Positions 63,819-64,000 of a DNA stretch of 64,000 bases are shown here, piece by piece. Position numbers and translations under genes: made by a program. The first letter of the stretch is position 1. Every line of letters starts with the position of its first letter. The notes under the pieces were generated by a model. It did not search any database. It worked only from the letters and a program-made list of their open reading frames with translations, and was not told the origin of the DNA. Origin of the DNA: Zygnema circumcarinatum SAG 698-1b (lineage: Eukaryota > Plantae > Zygnematophyceae); assembly GCA_037447605.1 (NCBI GenBank), contig CM074812.1, positions 3,286,001 through 3,350,000 on the forward strand. Direction: 5' to 3'.

Positions 63819-64000
63819 TGTTGGTGGAGGGACTCCTCCACTGCTGCCGGCTTCTCCACTCGCATCACCTTCCATCGGAGTTCGCGTTCCAATCGATGAT
63901 GACATTTCCCAAACTCTCACATTCACTCATAGCCCATTTTACTCACAGAGTGAACCTCTCGAGGTATGCCGGTAGGAATAGCAGAGAAAGGATAGGAGAA
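63819..64000 (-). mobile_element. Second copy of the 62.4-kb LTR, running off the window
   Basis: Near-identical to 62404 onward for about 140 nt. Confidence 0.75.

Overview
Eukaryotic draft-assembly window with several 10-N gaps, GT-AG introns, plant-type CCCTAAA motifs and a nuclear NDH gene. These point to a streptophyte (charophyte-like alga or non-seed plant); I cannot name the species. I spliced six multi-exon genes by hand: a divergent WRKY-like factor (4787-7074 +), RPS26 (8274-8856 -), a 14-exon TMEM185/Fragile-X-F-type membrane protein with a C-terminal RING (10128-16611 -), an R2R3-MYB (about 18976-21321 -), a 14-exon MORC GHKL ATPase (25038-34354 +) and chloroplast NDH subunit PnsB4/NDF6 (36331-38619 +). 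The four regulatory genes each keep an open spliced frame but have an altered key motif: WRKYGQK reads WQLYGEK, RING zinc ligands 3 and 4 are lost, the MYB R3 helix is locally frameshifted, and the MORC ATP-binding motifs are substituted. From 39 kb onward the window is a nested transposon stack. It holds a CRE-clade non-LTR element inside a hAT-like MITE, a foldback-like GACTAA structure with telomere-like ends, a non-coding LTR element, a truncated Copia and a complete young Copia with TSD. It also holds solo LTRs and one exact 1347-bp duplication that is probably an assembly artefact. Family assignments come from recalled motifs, not database searches. Most long ORFs in the supplied track are microsatellite read-throughs.
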